A stretch of DNA of 64,000 nucleotides from a virus. Each line of letters begins with the position of its first letter. Within the stretch, counting starts at the first letter, position 1. The position numbers and the translations under genes are program-made. Where the stretch lies: the IMG/VR virus record IMGVR_UViG_3300036770_003016; one strand, written 5' to 3'. Under the pieces are notes generated by a model. It ran no database searches and was not told where the DNA came from. It was given only the letters and a program-made list of their open reading frames with translations. This document shows, one piece after another, positions 11,279 through 22,155 of the stretch.

Positions 11279-13470
11279 TTTTTAATTTCTTTTTTCAGTT
11301 CTTTTATTGCCTGAACTAAGATTGGGATTAATTGCACATAAGATACTGATTTCAAATCTCCAGATGTTTTAACAATTTCGGGTAACACTTCTTCTATTTG
11401 TTGTGCTATAAATCCAAAAGATTTCTCATCGTTTGTTTTCCAATTAAAACTAAATGGATTTATTTTATCTAAGACATCTAAAGCATTATCTATATTATTG
11501 AAATTGTACTTCAAACTAACATCAGATAAACTATTAAAATTTAAAGCATGAAACTCAGTGGCATGTAAATTGCCATCATAATTTAGACGAGTTGAATTTG
11601 ATGGAGCTGCTGTTCCATTGTATAAAGCACCATTTTGTTTTGTTGAACCATTATATCTAAATGCACCAGATAATGTATCACTAGCAGTTCTTAGATCAAC
11701 TGATGTGCCAGAAGCACCAGACCATCCAGAAATGCCAGAGTAGCCAGAAAAACTAGAGTAACCAGAGTACCCCGAGTACCCTGATGTGCCTTCAGCTCCT
11801 GATCCAGACCATCCAGAAAATCCAGATGTTCCAGATTTACCAGAATAACCAGAAGTTCCAGAATAACCTGAAGGACCTGGTAAATTACCAGAGTAACCAG
11901 ATGTGCCAGAATAACCAGAGTAACCAGAAAGTCCCGAGACGCCAGACCATCCTGATCTACCAGAATAACCAGAGTATCCTGATATGCCAGAATAACCAGA
12001 GATTCCAGAATAACCTGATGGCCCAGGAGAAACAGCAGAATATCCAGAGAATCCTGAAGTGCCAGAATAACCAGATGTTCCTATTGTTGCAAAAGAAAAT
12101 CCATATATTGTTCCAGACCAATTCGTTCCTAAAGTTGGAGATTTTGCAAGCATATTAACTGTCAGCTCAAAATAACCTCCTTCGTTGGTCATGTTTGTTA
12201 CTTCATATAATACATAATTCGAATAGATTGCACTATATCTTTCATTAGACTCTGTTGTTTCGTATACTATTATATTTGTTGTTTTACCAACATAATATTG
12301 TAATAAATTGTTATAGTCAAAAAGTGAAGAGTGATCTAAATTATCTAATTTAATTGTTGTTGTTCCAACAAACCCTAAATTGTTTGTTGAAAAATCTGCA
12401 CTTCCAAGTGGTGTTCCACCATTGGTATCGAGTAAACTTGAGAGTATATACAGACCACTTGGTACACCATTGATTGCAGAATAGCCAGAGTAACCAGAAA
12501 TTCCAGAATAACCTGATAGACCAGAATAACCAGATGCACCAGGATTTTCTCCAGACCATCCAGAAATACCAGAGTATCCAGAATAGCCAGATGGGCCAGA
12601 CCAACCAGAAACTCCAGAGAAACCAGATTTACCAGAATGTCCAGAATAACCAGAAAGGCCGGAATACCCTGAGTAACCAGAAAGACCTGAATAACCAGAT
12701 GTGCCAGGTAAATCTCCAGAATAACCAGAAATACCTGAGTAACCAGAATAACCAGAATCTCCAGAATATCCAGAGAAACCTGAATAACCGGAGATGCCAG
12801 AATAACCTGAGTAACCTGATACTCCAGAAACTCCAGCAAAATCACCAAGTTCTATCCAATTTGAACCATCCCAAAAATATAATAGATTAGTGTCTAGTAC
12901 ATAATATACATCACCAGTATTAGGTGTTTCTGATGCTAAATCTGTATAGAGATCAACTACACCAGCAAGTTCTAATCCTGGTCCTGGATAACCAGAGTAT
13001 CCTGAATAACCGGATATACCAGAACCAGAGTAACCAGAATAACCTGATTGACCAGAGTAACCAGAATACCCAGAAAGTCCTGAGTATCCAGATTCGCCAG
13101 AAAACCCAGACTCACCAGAAAATCCAGAAAAACCAGAAGTACCAGATTCACCAGACCATCCAGAAATTCCAGACCATCCAGAATAACCAGAAGTGCCAGA
13201 AAATCCAGAATAACCTGATACACCTGAACCAGAGTAACCTGAATAACCAGATATACCTGAATAACCAGAGTAACCTGATGGACCAGAGAATCCTGAGTAA
13301 CCAGATAGTCCCCTAATTAATAACCATGCAGTACCATCTGAATACCACAATTCTCCATCACTACCATAAACTAGTGAACCAATATATGGTTCTGGGTCTA
13401 GTTGTATAGGAACAGGAACTACTATTCCTTGGCCAAGTGTTTGCTCTTTTCCAGATATAAGCTTATTCAT
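11275..13470 (-). CDS. Gly-X-Ser repeat (collagen-like) fibre with C-terminal S74-type intramolecular chaperone
   Basis: Long (G-Y/F/W/I-S)n tracts; C-terminal SDVSLK...GFIAQQIEEVLPEIV...VSYVQLIPILVQAIKEL. Confidence 0.8.
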   Translation of the reverse strand: MNKLISGKEQTLGQGIVVPVPIQLDPEPYIGSLVYGSDGELWYSDGTAWLLIRGLSGYSGFSGPSGYSGYSGISGYSGYSGSGVSGYSGFSGTSGYSGWSGISGWSGESGTSGFSGFSGESGFSGESGYSGLSGYSGYSGQSGYSGYSGSGISGYSGYSGYPGPGLELAGVVDLYTDLASETPNTGDVYYVLDTNLLYFWDGSNWIELGDFAGVSGVSGYSGYSGISGYSGFSGYSGDSGYSGYSGISGYSGDLPGTSGYSGLSGYSGYSGLSGYSGHSGKSGFSGVSGWSGPSGYSGYSGISGWSGENPGASGYSGLSGYSGISGYSGYSAINGVPSGLYILSSLLDTNGGTPLGSADFSTNNLGFVGTTTIKLDNLDHSSLFDYNNLLQYYVGKTTNIIVYETTESNERYSAIYSNYVLYEVTNMTNEGGYFELTVNMLAKSPTLGTNWSGTIYGFSFATIGTSGYSGTSGFSGYSAVSPGPSGYSGISGYSGISGYSGYSGRSGWSGVSGLSGYSGYSGTSGYSGNLPGPSGYSGTSGYSGKSGTSGFSGWSGSGAEGTSGYSGYSGYSSFSGYSGISGWSGASGTSVDLRTASDTLSGAFRYNGSTKQNGALYNGTAAPSNSTRLNYDGNLHATEFHALNFNSLSDVSLKYNFNNIDNALDVLDKINPFSFNWKTNDEKSFGFIAQQIEEVLPEIVKTSGDLKSVSYVQLIPILVQAIKELKKEIKK

Positions 13471-13473
13471 TAG

Positions 13474-13944
13474 TTATGACTCCACTCCAATGTGTTCACT
13501 GGATAATTTCTCTTCAGCAGAAACCCAAACATCTATTGAATTTGATTCTTGTGCTTTAATTAAGATCATGTCTCCATTTGCAGAATCAGGATCTCTTTTA
13601 AGTAAACTTCTTCCTTGTAATGGAACTAAAGTTGTTTCGCCTTTAGGAATATTCACTAAAGTAATTTCTATATTAGCGCCCTCTTCAGATTGAAATGTGA
13701 CCTCTAAACTTACTGTATTTGAAGCATGTTTATTTTTAGCATACATTGGTGTCAGTAAGAAAACTTCACCAGGTCTTATTGCTCTAGAATCATCTAATGG
13801 GTCTCTATTTGGTAAAGAATTAGAAGGATCTGGAACAGAAAAATCTGGGGCTTCAATTAAAGGCGTAAATGTAGTTGGAACATTCTCATATATTGCGTTT
13901 AGTGGTTTACCTGTTGAAGGTGTACGGCATGTTATTCTAGACAT
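13474..13944 (-). CDS. Hypothetical virion protein
   Basis: 156-aa ORF tightly packed in the baseplate operon. Confidence 0.5.
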   Translation of the reverse strand: MSRITCRTPSTGKPLNAIYENVPTTFTPLIEAPDFSVPDPSNSLPNRDPLDDSRAIRPGEVFLLTPMYAKNKHASNTVSLEVTFQSEEGANIEITLVNIPKGETTLVPLQGRSLLKRDPDSANGDMILIKAQESNSIDVWVSAEEKLSSEHIGVES

Positions 13945-13946
13945 TA

Positions 13947-15611
13947 TTAAAAACTCCTTGATATGACTGTTTTTGTTGCGATTCTATTTACCGCAGAAAT
14001 AAATGGTGGTCCAGAAAGTTCACCAGTGTCAGCGTTAATTTCTAATCCCCCAACAAATATTGCAGAACCTTGATCGTCTTGTCCACTTGCTATAACTAAT
14101 CCTCTTTCTAATTCAAGTATGCTATCTTGTATTTTAGCAGAGTTTTTGGCAGGAGGTATCTTAGTTAATGCAACACCTGCCATTACTCCACTCCAAGTAT
14201 GACCTATAGCAGTTATAGTAGAAGGTTCAAGTATTCTTTTTGGATTTTGTAATGTACTATTTATTGCGTCTACAGCATCGATAACTATAGTTTGTGCATT
14301 TCCACTTATACCAGGCAAAGCATTTATTTCGTCTCTTAAGTACTCAAAAGAATATTCAAATGCTGCTTGCTTATCTTGTGTAAAAACTGGTTTTGTATTT
14401 GCATCCCAAGGTGTAGGATCACTTGGATCAGCTTCTGTTGTAAATAATGATTTAGTAAAATCTAATATTGGTTGTTCATTTTTAGTCAATAATACCCATC
14501 TAAGAGATTGTAGGAATGTTGCAGCATCTCTTCTCGTAAATTCTTCATCTTCGGCGTTCCAAGTTGCAGTATATCCTTCTGACACTAAAGAGTTCCACAG
14601 ACTGTCAATTAAAGCTTCAGTATATTCATCTATTAATTGATCTGCTTCTGCTCCTTGTGCTTCAGTTATGGAAATCGTGCCTATTTTATAGGGATCAATC
14701 ATTTGACGAACACCTTTGGCAACCATTGTGTAATCACCAAATTGCGTACTACAGCTCGATAGGATTATTTGACCACCACTAAGAGCATAAAAGTGTCTAT
14801 GTGACCATAAACAAACAGCATTAACAGCGTTAATTAAACCACCATTTTTTGCACAATATCCAATACCGTTATGTGAAACTGGAGTAGCACCCCATGTCAT
14901 AATATTAGGAAATATACTATAAGGAGAACAAACAGAACCATCCGCTAATGCAACTCCAGCACCCCTACCAACATAAGGATTTGGTTCACCTTCTTCTGGG
15001 TCTCTATCTAGAGGAGGAGCTACAAATGACCATGTTGGTGTAGTTCTAACTGCTATCTTGTGTGCATATGGCACTCTTCGTATTACCGCACCAGGCCTAA
15101 ATGAAACAGCAAATCCTTCAGTTGGATTATCCATATCATCTAAACGCCAATCTTCAAATATTGGCCCCTCTAAGAAACAACCAGAACCTAAACGAAACAC
15201 ATTTCTTTCTTCAAATCCTGGTTTTGGACGAAAGACAGCACTTCTATGTGCAGCTCTTATAATCGTATCATCTGGAACATCTAAATGACCTTCAGTTAAA
15301 TATACTCCAGCTCCTAATTCAATAAGGGTCAACATCTCTAATTCTTCTACAACTTCTAAAGCCTTTTCAATCGTTTGAAATGCTCTGTCCCAAGATTTGC
15401 CGTCAAAATTATCATTACCATATGGTGAAACATAAAAAACATTTGGTGCTTGACCATACTCTCTTAAGTCTTTAAGAAAGTTTTCTAGTGTTATCTTTTT
15501 TGTTTTTAAGTAATCGTCTTCTTCTTCAAGATCAACCATCACTAAAAGATTATTCGCAGTATTAGAACTTACTGTTTGTAGTTCTGGCAGTTGCGTAATT
15601 TTAATAGGCAT
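13947..15611 (-). CDS. Tail fibre/spike-like protein with beta-helix-type N-terminal motif
   Basis: IKITQLPEL start; YVSPYGNDNFDGKSWDRAFQTIEKAL motif. Confidence 0.55.
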   Translation of the reverse strand: MPIKITQLPELQTVSSNTANNLLVMVDLEEEDDYLKTKKITLENFLKDLREYGQAPNVFYVSPYGNDNFDGKSWDRAFQTIEKALEVVEELEMLTLIELGAGVYLTEGHLDVPDDTIIRAAHRSAVFRPKPGFEERNVFRLGSGCFLEGPIFEDWRLDDMDNPTEGFAVSFRPGAVIRRVPYAHKIAVRTTPTWSFVAPPLDRDPEEGEPNPYVGRGAGVALADGSVCSPYSIFPNIMTWGATPVSHNGIGYCAKNGGLINAVNAVCLWSHRHFYALSGGQIILSSCSTQFGDYTMVAKGVRQMIDPYKIGTISITEAQGAEADQLIDEYTEALIDSLWNSLVSEGYTATWNAEDEEFTRRDAATFLQSLRWVLLTKNEQPILDFTKSLFTTEADPSDPTPWDANTKPVFTQDKQAAFEYSFEYLRDEINALPGISGNAQTIVIDAVDAINSTLQNPKRILEPSTITAIGHTWSGVMAGVALTKIPPAKNSAKIQDSILELERGLVIASGQDDQGSAIFVGGLEINADTGELSGPPFISAVNRIATKTVISRSF

Positions 15612-18012
15612 TTGAATCCTCTGTTGATATTACATTAGGTTTGTTATTCTGAGTAGTCGCAGCCAATTCTCTCCAATACTCAGTGACAACACCTCTGTAG
15701 TATGGATATGGCACATAAATCGTCAAACCAACATTAGTTGATGTGAATTCAAAAGGTTCAGAAACAGTTATCGTTGTATTATTTATAATAGTATTTACAA
15801 TTCTTATTTCAGAATTAACTACTATGTAAGTTCCTTCTCCAATTAATCCTAAAGTATTTGCCAAAACAAAATAAGTGTTGGTTCCAGTAATTGTGTAAGA
15901 ACCAGCAGTAACATTAACAGAACCAGTTCCAGCAAGTTCTTTTGATACATTTTCATATACTGATTCTGTAGTTAAAACTTCAACATTATCTTCAAAATTA
16001 TATCTAGCATAATTTATGAAACCAGTTGGATTTAAAAGATCATTTGCTAATTTTCTATAACGATTAAACTCTATTTTTGAAGTTATAACATAAGAAAAAT
16101 CAATGTAATAATTTTCTCCCTGTATTCTCATCTCATCTGATGACAGAAGGCCATCTGCACTTGTCCATTTTCCAGGTAAAGAAACATACGAAGAAGATAT
16201 TGTCGATGTTAATTGAGCATCACCGTTACCACTAAATGTCAAATCTGGAAGTGGACTTGATTCATAACCACTTCCTTTATCGACTATTTCCACTTTCAAT
16301 ACTTTTCCAACCACTCCATCATCTACATCATACTCAAACTCCGCTCCTTCATACATGAATAAATCAACTTGCAGATTTGCACCAGTACCTTCACTATCAA
16401 CTACTATTGTTGGAAGATAATCTTTGTTGTAATTTATACCTCCATCTAAAACTCTAACACTTGTTATTGATCCATTTGAACTTACAGCATTGACTTCTGC
16501 TCTGGCTCCTCTTCCAAAATAATGACTTTTATGTACAAACAAAACCTCATCACCTACGCTATAGCCTTGGCCTCCGTTGTTTATTTTGACTGAAGCTATA
16601 GAACCAATATCTCGTATTGTTACTTCATCATTGGTTGCTGGATTAGTATATAAAACTACATCATTAATTGTAAAAGTAATATTTGGTGTATTTGGTATTT
16701 GACTAGTTACTATAAAAGTATCTAAGAGAGGCCCTAAACCATCCATAGTGAATAAATTTAAACCATCAGAAATAATAGAATTTAAATTTATAGTTTCTTG
16801 TTCTTTAATACCAAAATCAACAGAACTTATATTAATAGATGAATAGTCATCAATGACATCAATGTTATAACGAATAAAATTTGGTCCACTTAAAGAGGTA
16901 TCGTCTACACTACTAACTACAGCTACAAATTCAGCTGATGTGTAATTATTGGCATCAATTTCTAAACCTGTTTTGTAACCTTGGCCAGTTTTATCAATTT
17001 TCACAAATAGTTTTTCAATTTTTCCAGAACTAACTTCTGATACAAAACCTGTTGCTTTTCTGGCACTTTTTCCTAAAAAATTAACTGTATCACCAACGAC
17101 ATAATTACTTCCAGGATTTACTATTTGTATATCTTGAACTTCAGATAAAGTTTGAAAACTAAATGGTATTAATTGTTCACCAACAATAACAGTACAATCT
17201 ATAATTTCACCATTTATAAAATTACCAACTTTAGTTTTTTCTTCTATAAAAAATTGAAAAAAATCTTCTCCAGCAATTCTTCGTCTTCCAACATTTTCAA
17301 CTAAAGCTTTAGCACCAGATTTTTGTCCAACTAATTGTCTGTTATTAAAAATATCTAAATCAAAATTTATCAAATATCTTATTTCAATTTTATCAATAAA
17401 TATCGGAGGAACTAATAATGTAATTTTTTTTAATTCTTTTCTTAATGAATATTGATTTGTTAAAATGCCATCAAATCTAACTTCTATTTGATTTTCAGTT
17501 AATTCATATGGTAAATAATATGTTAATATATTTGGATCAGCATCGTAAACACTAGTTACTATAGGCTCAGTTCTCAGTATATTTTCAATTGTCCATTTAC
17601 CATCAGATGCTCTAAGAATATTGTTTCTTGGATATTCTACTTTAATTTCTTCTTTAAAAAGTAATCTAAACAATAATTCAAATGATTTGAGTGTACCTTT
17701 CGATCTATACAAAGGTAAAAGATTCTTCATAAAAAAAGATTTATCAAACACACTCTCACTAGGAATCAATGAAGCAAATGTATTAAAAAAGTTTTCTTCA
17801 AATTTTTCTAAAGATTCGTCTAAATCAAAAGCATTTTTAATATTTTTTGCTTCTTCTATTAAATTATTTTTTTGACTAATAGAATTAGAATAAAATTGTT
17901 CTTTCTCTAAGAACTCATAGTATGCTTCTAAAAATGAAATGAAAAGAGGATAATCCTCTCTTACAAATTCTGGTACTTGTCTATTGACTAATAATGATGT
18001 TCTCAAATCCAT
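15601..18012 (-). CDS. gp7: Baseplate wedge initiator gp7-like
   Basis: QVPEFVREDYPLFISFLEAYYEFLE; YRSKGT..SFELLFRLLF; YYIDFSYVI..NPTGF; follows gp6. Confidence 0.75.
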   Translation of the reverse strand: MDLRTSLLVNRQVPEFVREDYPLFISFLEAYYEFLEKEQFYSNSISQKNNLIEEAKNIKNAFDLDESLEKFEENFFNTFASLIPSESVFDKSFFMKNLLPLYRSKGTLKSFELLFRLLFKEEIKVEYPRNNILRASDGKWTIENILRTEPIVTSVYDADPNILTYYLPYELTENQIEVRFDGILTNQYSLRKELKKITLLVPPIFIDKIEIRYLINFDLDIFNNRQLVGQKSGAKALVENVGRRRIAGEDFFQFFIEEKTKVGNFINGEIIDCTVIVGEQLIPFSFQTLSEVQDIQIVNPGSNYVVGDTVNFLGKSARKATGFVSEVSSGKIEKLFVKIDKTGQGYKTGLEIDANNYTSAEFVAVVSSVDDTSLSGPNFIRYNIDVIDDYSSINISSVDFGIKEQETINLNSIISDGLNLFTMDGLGPLLDTFIVTSQIPNTPNITFTINDVVLYTNPATNDEVTIRDIGSIASVKINNGGQGYSVGDEVLFVHKSHYFGRGARAEVNAVSSNGSITSVRVLDGGINYNKDYLPTIVVDSEGTGANLQVDLFMYEGAEFEYDVDDGVVGKVLKVEIVDKGSGYESSPLPDLTFSGNGDAQLTSTISSSYVSLPGKWTSADGLLSSDEMRIQGENYYIDFSYVITSKIEFNRYRKLANDLLNPTGFINYARYNFEDNVEVLTTESVYENVSKELAGTGSVNVTAGSYTITGTNTYFVLANTLGLIGEGTYIVVNSEIRIVNTIINNTTITVSEPFEFTSTNVGLTIYVPYPYYRGVVTEYWRELAATTQNNKPNVISTEDSNAY

Positions 18013-18013
18013 T

Positions 18014-20071
18014 TTATGTTACTAATGTAGTAGAAATAGAAGAAGGGTCATTTGGGTCTATGGTTATAATAGTATTTTTATTGGATTCAATTATAGTATT
18101 TCCAGCTCCAACATCTAGTTTTATAAAATTATCTGTAGAGTATGTAGACAAAATATTTAAATTAAATAAATTTATTTCTCCAGTATCATAATCTATAGTA
18201 CCTACTTCTGGGTCAACAATCTGTCTTTCTGTATTTTCATTAAAATATATTAAACGCAAAATGCCAAATTTATTGTTAATTATAGATACAGCAGAAGCAC
18301 CAAATCCACCACCACCACTAATTGTAACTGTGGCCTTTGTATAATTTTCACCAGGACTTGTTATTCTTATAGACTCAATTCTACCATTTACTATTTTGGC
18401 TCTAGCAGTAGCACCACTACCATCACCAGTAATTGTGACTGTTGGTTCTGTTACATAACCTGAACCAGGATTTAAAACAAGAATATTATAGATTCCAGAG
18501 AAAGAATCTAAAACTTCTTCAATCTGAACTGTTCGTCTAATACCAAAACTATCAAATACATCAAACTCATCCGAAATAAGTCTATTTAAAATGTTACCTT
18601 GCAATAAAGATTGATTAAATTGTATTTTATAATTTGTAGAAACATTTAATTGTGGTAAAAATCTTTTTTCTAATCTTAGAACAGAGTCTACACCAATTAT
18701 AGATGGATCAATCTTGTTCATCTCTTCTTGTAGTTTAGATAGAACAAATGTCTTATTAAAATTATTCACATTACTTTCAAAAAAGTTTAACACTAATGTT
18801 CTAACATTGTTTTTAAATGTTTCTGTAGTTAAAAGATTTTTTTGTGGATCATACTTTATTGTATTAAATATTTTAACAAAAACAAATTCAGGATCTCTAA
18901 TTATACTCTCTATAGAAATTACAGATTTTGGTTTAAGTATCTCTTCTACAATTCTTCTTTTTTCGGTTTCAGAAATATAATAATTATCTTTAGTTTTCAA
19001 CGAAATAAATATTTTTCCAAAAATTGGTGGACTTTCTTCATTGCCACCCCAAACAGATACAGCCTCTAAACCTGGATAATTTTGCATCAAATATTTTTCA
19101 TAATCTTTATTTGTTATTAATCTGTTCTGTGAAGCATAATGTAATGGTGCATAAAATTTAATAGAATCAATAGATTCTCTTTCTAGACCACCAGTGGAAG
19201 ATTGAACTACTGTAATTGTCGATCTTATTAACTCATCATTTCTACTATCTCTAACAGAAGTTGCACTTACAACAAAGTCATTTGCTTTATTTGCTAAAGA
19301 AGAATTAGTTGAAAGATAACTGATAGTAACTATATTACCATCTGTTAAAGCTTTACCAAGTGAGCCATTTCCAAAAAAGATTTGATAATTACCTTCTTTG
19401 GATTCTTGTAAAAAATACACAGGAGAATTAGAATCTATGTCTAAAATATCTTCTGCTAAATTATAAACTGTTGTTGTTGGGTTTGTACTAGATTCTGTAA
19501 CATACACTTTGATAGTATCAGTATCAACATTAGAATCTGAAATCGTAAATATTTGTTTTGGATTAGTCTGTATGTTATAAGTATATTGGTAATTTCCAAT
19601 AACGCCTTCATAAATTTTTAAATTTTCAAAAACAAAAGTTCCATCAGCTTTTGTTGCAGTAACATCATCTAACAATAAAAATTCATAAGAAACATCGTCA
19701 ATTTGATTTGAGGAAAAAGAAAAACCTCTAGGTAATGTTAAACTAGATGGTTCGTTATTTGTTGCTTGAAACTCTAAATTTATTACAGCAAAAGATGCTT
19801 TCTTAGATTTTGGAGTATAACCTAAACTCTTTGCATGAGAAACAATTGAATTTCTAAGCAGTGCTGAGTCTAAGAAAGACTCTTTTAATGCCATGTTTAG
19901 ATAGTATGCATTGTAATGTGTATTATATGCTAAAACATCTAAAAGAACATTTAACCCTGAAGCTTCAAAATCGTAATCTTGAAATTCTGATTGTGATTTT
20001 AGATAATTTTTAAGATTTTCCTTTATTGTAGAAAAATCTAATTCTGTTACATTTAAATTAGAATTTGCCAT
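18014..20071 (-). CDS. gp6: Baseplate wedge subunit gp6
   Basis: LDFSTIKENLKNYLKSQSEFQDYDFEASGL...LAYNTHYNAYY; SQNRLIT..DY; VSVWGG. Confidence 0.92.
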   Translation of the reverse strand: MANSNLNVTELDFSTIKENLKNYLKSQSEFQDYDFEASGLNVLLDVLAYNTHYNAYYLNMALKESFLDSALLRNSIVSHAKSLGYTPKSKKASFAVINLEFQATNNEPSSLTLPRGFSFSSNQIDDVSYEFLLLDDVTATKADGTFVFENLKIYEGVIGNYQYTYNIQTNPKQIFTISDSNVDTDTIKVYVTESSTNPTTTVYNLAEDILDIDSNSPVYFLQESKEGNYQIFFGNGSLGKALTDGNIVTISYLSTNSSLANKANDFVVSATSVRDSRNDELIRSTITVVQSSTGGLERESIDSIKFYAPLHYASQNRLITNKDYEKYLMQNYPGLEAVSVWGGNEESPPIFGKIFISLKTKDNYYISETEKRRIVEEILKPKSVISIESIIRDPEFVFVKIFNTIKYDPQKNLLTTETFKNNVRTLVLNFFESNVNNFNKTFVLSKLQEEMNKIDPSIIGVDSVLRLEKRFLPQLNVSTNYKIQFNQSLLQGNILNRLISDEFDVFDSFGIRRTVQIEEVLDSFSGIYNILVLNPGSGYVTEPTVTITGDGSGATARAKIVNGRIESIRITSPGENYTKATVTISGGGGFGASAVSIINNKFGILRLIYFNENTERQIVDPEVGTIDYDTGEINLFNLNILSTYSTDNFIKLDVGAGNTIIESNKNTIITIDPNDPSSISTTLVT

Positions 20072-20476
20072 CTATCTTGTTCTTTCCAATAAAAAACTTA
20101 TTGAAACTGGTTCTGTTCTGTTGAGTATATTAAAAAGCAATTCTACTTGAAAAGAATTCTCATCAAATTTTGGTGTTACACTTAAATTTATTACTTCAAC
20201 TCTAGGTTCAAAATTTTGAATAGTCTGTGTGATTTCTTTCTCTAAAGCTGCAGCTGTAATAATGTCTAGATTCTCAAACAATAATTTTCTGACATTACTG
20301 CCATATTCTGGCATAAAAGGCTTCTCATAGTGATTTGTCAAAAGTAAATTTTTCAAAGCATTAATAACTGCCATTTCACCAACATGCTTGTTTACATCTT
20401 TTCGTATTGGATGAATAGTGAAATTTAAGTCTAAATCACTATAATTTCTTGTTTTTAGTTGAGTTATTGTTGCCAT
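20072..20476 (-). CDS. gp25: Baseplate wedge subunit gp25
   Basis: YSDLDLNF, NLLLTNHYEKPFMPEYGS, FEPRV. Confidence 0.92.
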   Translation of the reverse strand: MATITQLKTRNYSDLDLNFTIHPIRKDVNKHVGEMAVINALKNLLLTNHYEKPFMPEYGSNVRKLLFENLDIITAAALEKEITQTIQNFEPRVEVINLSVTPKFDENSFQVELLFNILNRTEPVSISFLLERTR

Positions 20477-20483
20477 TTATTAT

Positions 20484-21320
20484 TTATGTGTTTGCTTTTA
20501 GTCTATCTGTACCTATAAAGTCATTAATTAAATTATTCTCAGTTTCACCTAAATCTTTATATCTCTTCATCTCTTCAAATTTTTCTAGAAGTATAGTTGT
20601 GTTGGCATAGAAATTTTCATCATGAGTTCTTCTAGTATTGAATAATGTTGTGATCGAACTGATATCGTTTGCTATATCTTGTATCTCTTCTGTAGTTAAA
20701 GTACTTGCATAATAGGTAATAACATTATCACCATCCATTTCTGTAAACTCTTCAATACTAGTTTCTATTAATTCTGGATAATTATTTATCGTCTGTAACT
20801 TATCTTGCAACTCTTCTTCAATAAAAAGACTAGTAAAAGATCCTATCATTGGAGCATTATTCTGTATTCCGTCTGCCTGGTAAACAATCATCATGACTGT
20901 TTTTGCCATTCCAATTGCAAGATCATAATGTGGTAAATCAGAAGTATTTTCGTTTGGCTCTACAAGACCACTTATTCTATCAGTATGAGCTATAAAATTA
21001 GGCCCTGAAACAGAATATACAGTATTTGCAGCAGTGCTTACACCAACTAAATTCCCAACAGAATTTGCAGGATCATCTGGGTCTGAACAAGCTGCAATTA
21101 TAGATAAACATTTACTTCTTATAGATTCAGTAACTATTTTAACTGGATTTACAAGATAGTTTGTTGTTGCTATGTCATTGTTTTTTAAATCTTCATATTG
21201 CCAATCTTCTAAAAGTGGTGGCAGACTATCTAAACTCTTAATAACTTCTGGTGAAAAGTCACTGACTTCGTTTGCAGAAGGTGTGTAATTGTATCCTAAA
21301 CTATCAAATATACTGGGCAT
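20484..21320 (-). CDS. Hypothetical protein in baseplate cluster
   Basis: 278-aa acidic ORF between gp5 and gp25. Confidence 0.5.
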   Translation of the reverse strand: MPSIFDSLGYNYTPSANEVSDFSPEVIKSLDSLPPLLEDWQYEDLKNNDIATTNYLVNPVKIVTESIRSKCLSIIAACSDPDDPANSVGNLVGVSTAANTVYSVSGPNFIAHTDRISGLVEPNENTSDLPHYDLAIGMAKTVMMIVYQADGIQNNAPMIGSFTSLFIEEELQDKLQTINNYPELIETSIEEFTEMDGDNVITYYASTLTTEEIQDIANDISSITTLFNTRRTHDENFYANTTILLEKFEEMKRYKDLGETENNLINDFIGTDRLKANT

Positions 21321-21329
21321 TTTTATTCC

Positions 21330-22151
21330 TTATACCATACCAACAATTGGTGGTCCTGTTCTTCCTTTTGGAGCTATGTGGAAGTGTCTACTATAAATTT
21401 TAGAGTTTACATTGTCTGTCATCAAACCTGCTCTCATTACTCCAAAATTTCCTAAAGGTGAGTTTACAGAAACACCAGCATTTACTAATCCAACGCATAT
21501 GACATTACCAGGAACAGCTGCAGGTAACCCTATTGCCAATCCACCAAGAACAGATGTGAATCCTAATGGGCCTGCACTAACTCCAGTTCCAGCATCAATT
21601 CTAGTCAAAGAAGTGATCATGTCTGCTGTCATATCTCCCCCAACAGAAAGATCACCAGAAACATAAACATTGTCTCCACTAGTAAGTCGAATAGAACCTA
21701 ATCCAACAGCAGAACCTGCAGCAATAGTTGTATCTTCATTTGATGCAAGAGTTGTTTTCTTGTGTACATAAGTTGACATATCACCAAGAACTTCTAATTT
21801 ATAGTCACCATCTACTTTTTCAATTCTGTCACCACGAACATGAAGTATAGAATCTCCATTAATGGTTATGTTACAATGTCCTTCGATCAATACATTTTTG
21901 TTTTTAATTGTGATTTCATAACCGTCACCATAAACTTTATGTACTTCATCACCATTTGGATGCATTTCGATAAATGTACCAGTTCTATGCTGTAGACGAA
22001 TTCGTTCTCTATTTGGTGTATCATCCATTTCAAATGAATGACCAGACCTAGTTTGTGTACAGTTATTATATGGATACTGTGGTGGTGTTTCGTCGTTTGC
22101 TGGTGACTCTGGTTCTAACCACCCATGATCGTCTGCTGGTCTCTCTGCCAT
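21330..22151 (-). CDS. gp5: Baseplate central spike, gp5 C-terminal beta-helix part
   Basis: QYPYNN..T.SGHSFEMDDTPNRERIRLQHRTGTFIEMHPNG; Val/Gly beta-helix repeats; HFH tip motif. Confidence 0.8.
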   Translation of the reverse strand: MAERPADDHGWLEPESPANDETPPQYPYNNCTQTRSGHSFEMDDTPNRERIRLQHRTGTFIEMHPNGDEVHKVYGDGYEITIKNKNVLIEGHCNITINGDSILHVRGDRIEKVDGDYKLEVLGDMSTYVHKKTTLASNEDTTIAAGSAVGLGSIRLTSGDNVYVSGDLSVGGDMTADMITSLTRIDAGTGVSAGPLGFTSVLGGLAIGLPAAVPGNVICVGLVNAGVSVNSPLGNFGVMRAGLMTDNVNSKIYSRHFHIAPKGRTGPPIVGMV

Positions 22152-22155
22152 AATT

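Noticed and set aside
11784-13316. Q/N-rich plus-strand ORFs and alternative-frame hydrophobic ORFs
   Set aside because: Shadow frames of the G-X-S repeat gene.
11275-13470. Ice-nucleation protein
   Set aside because: Lacks the AGYGSTxT 8/16-residue periodicity; the repeat is a 3-residue G-X-S with a phage chaperone domain.
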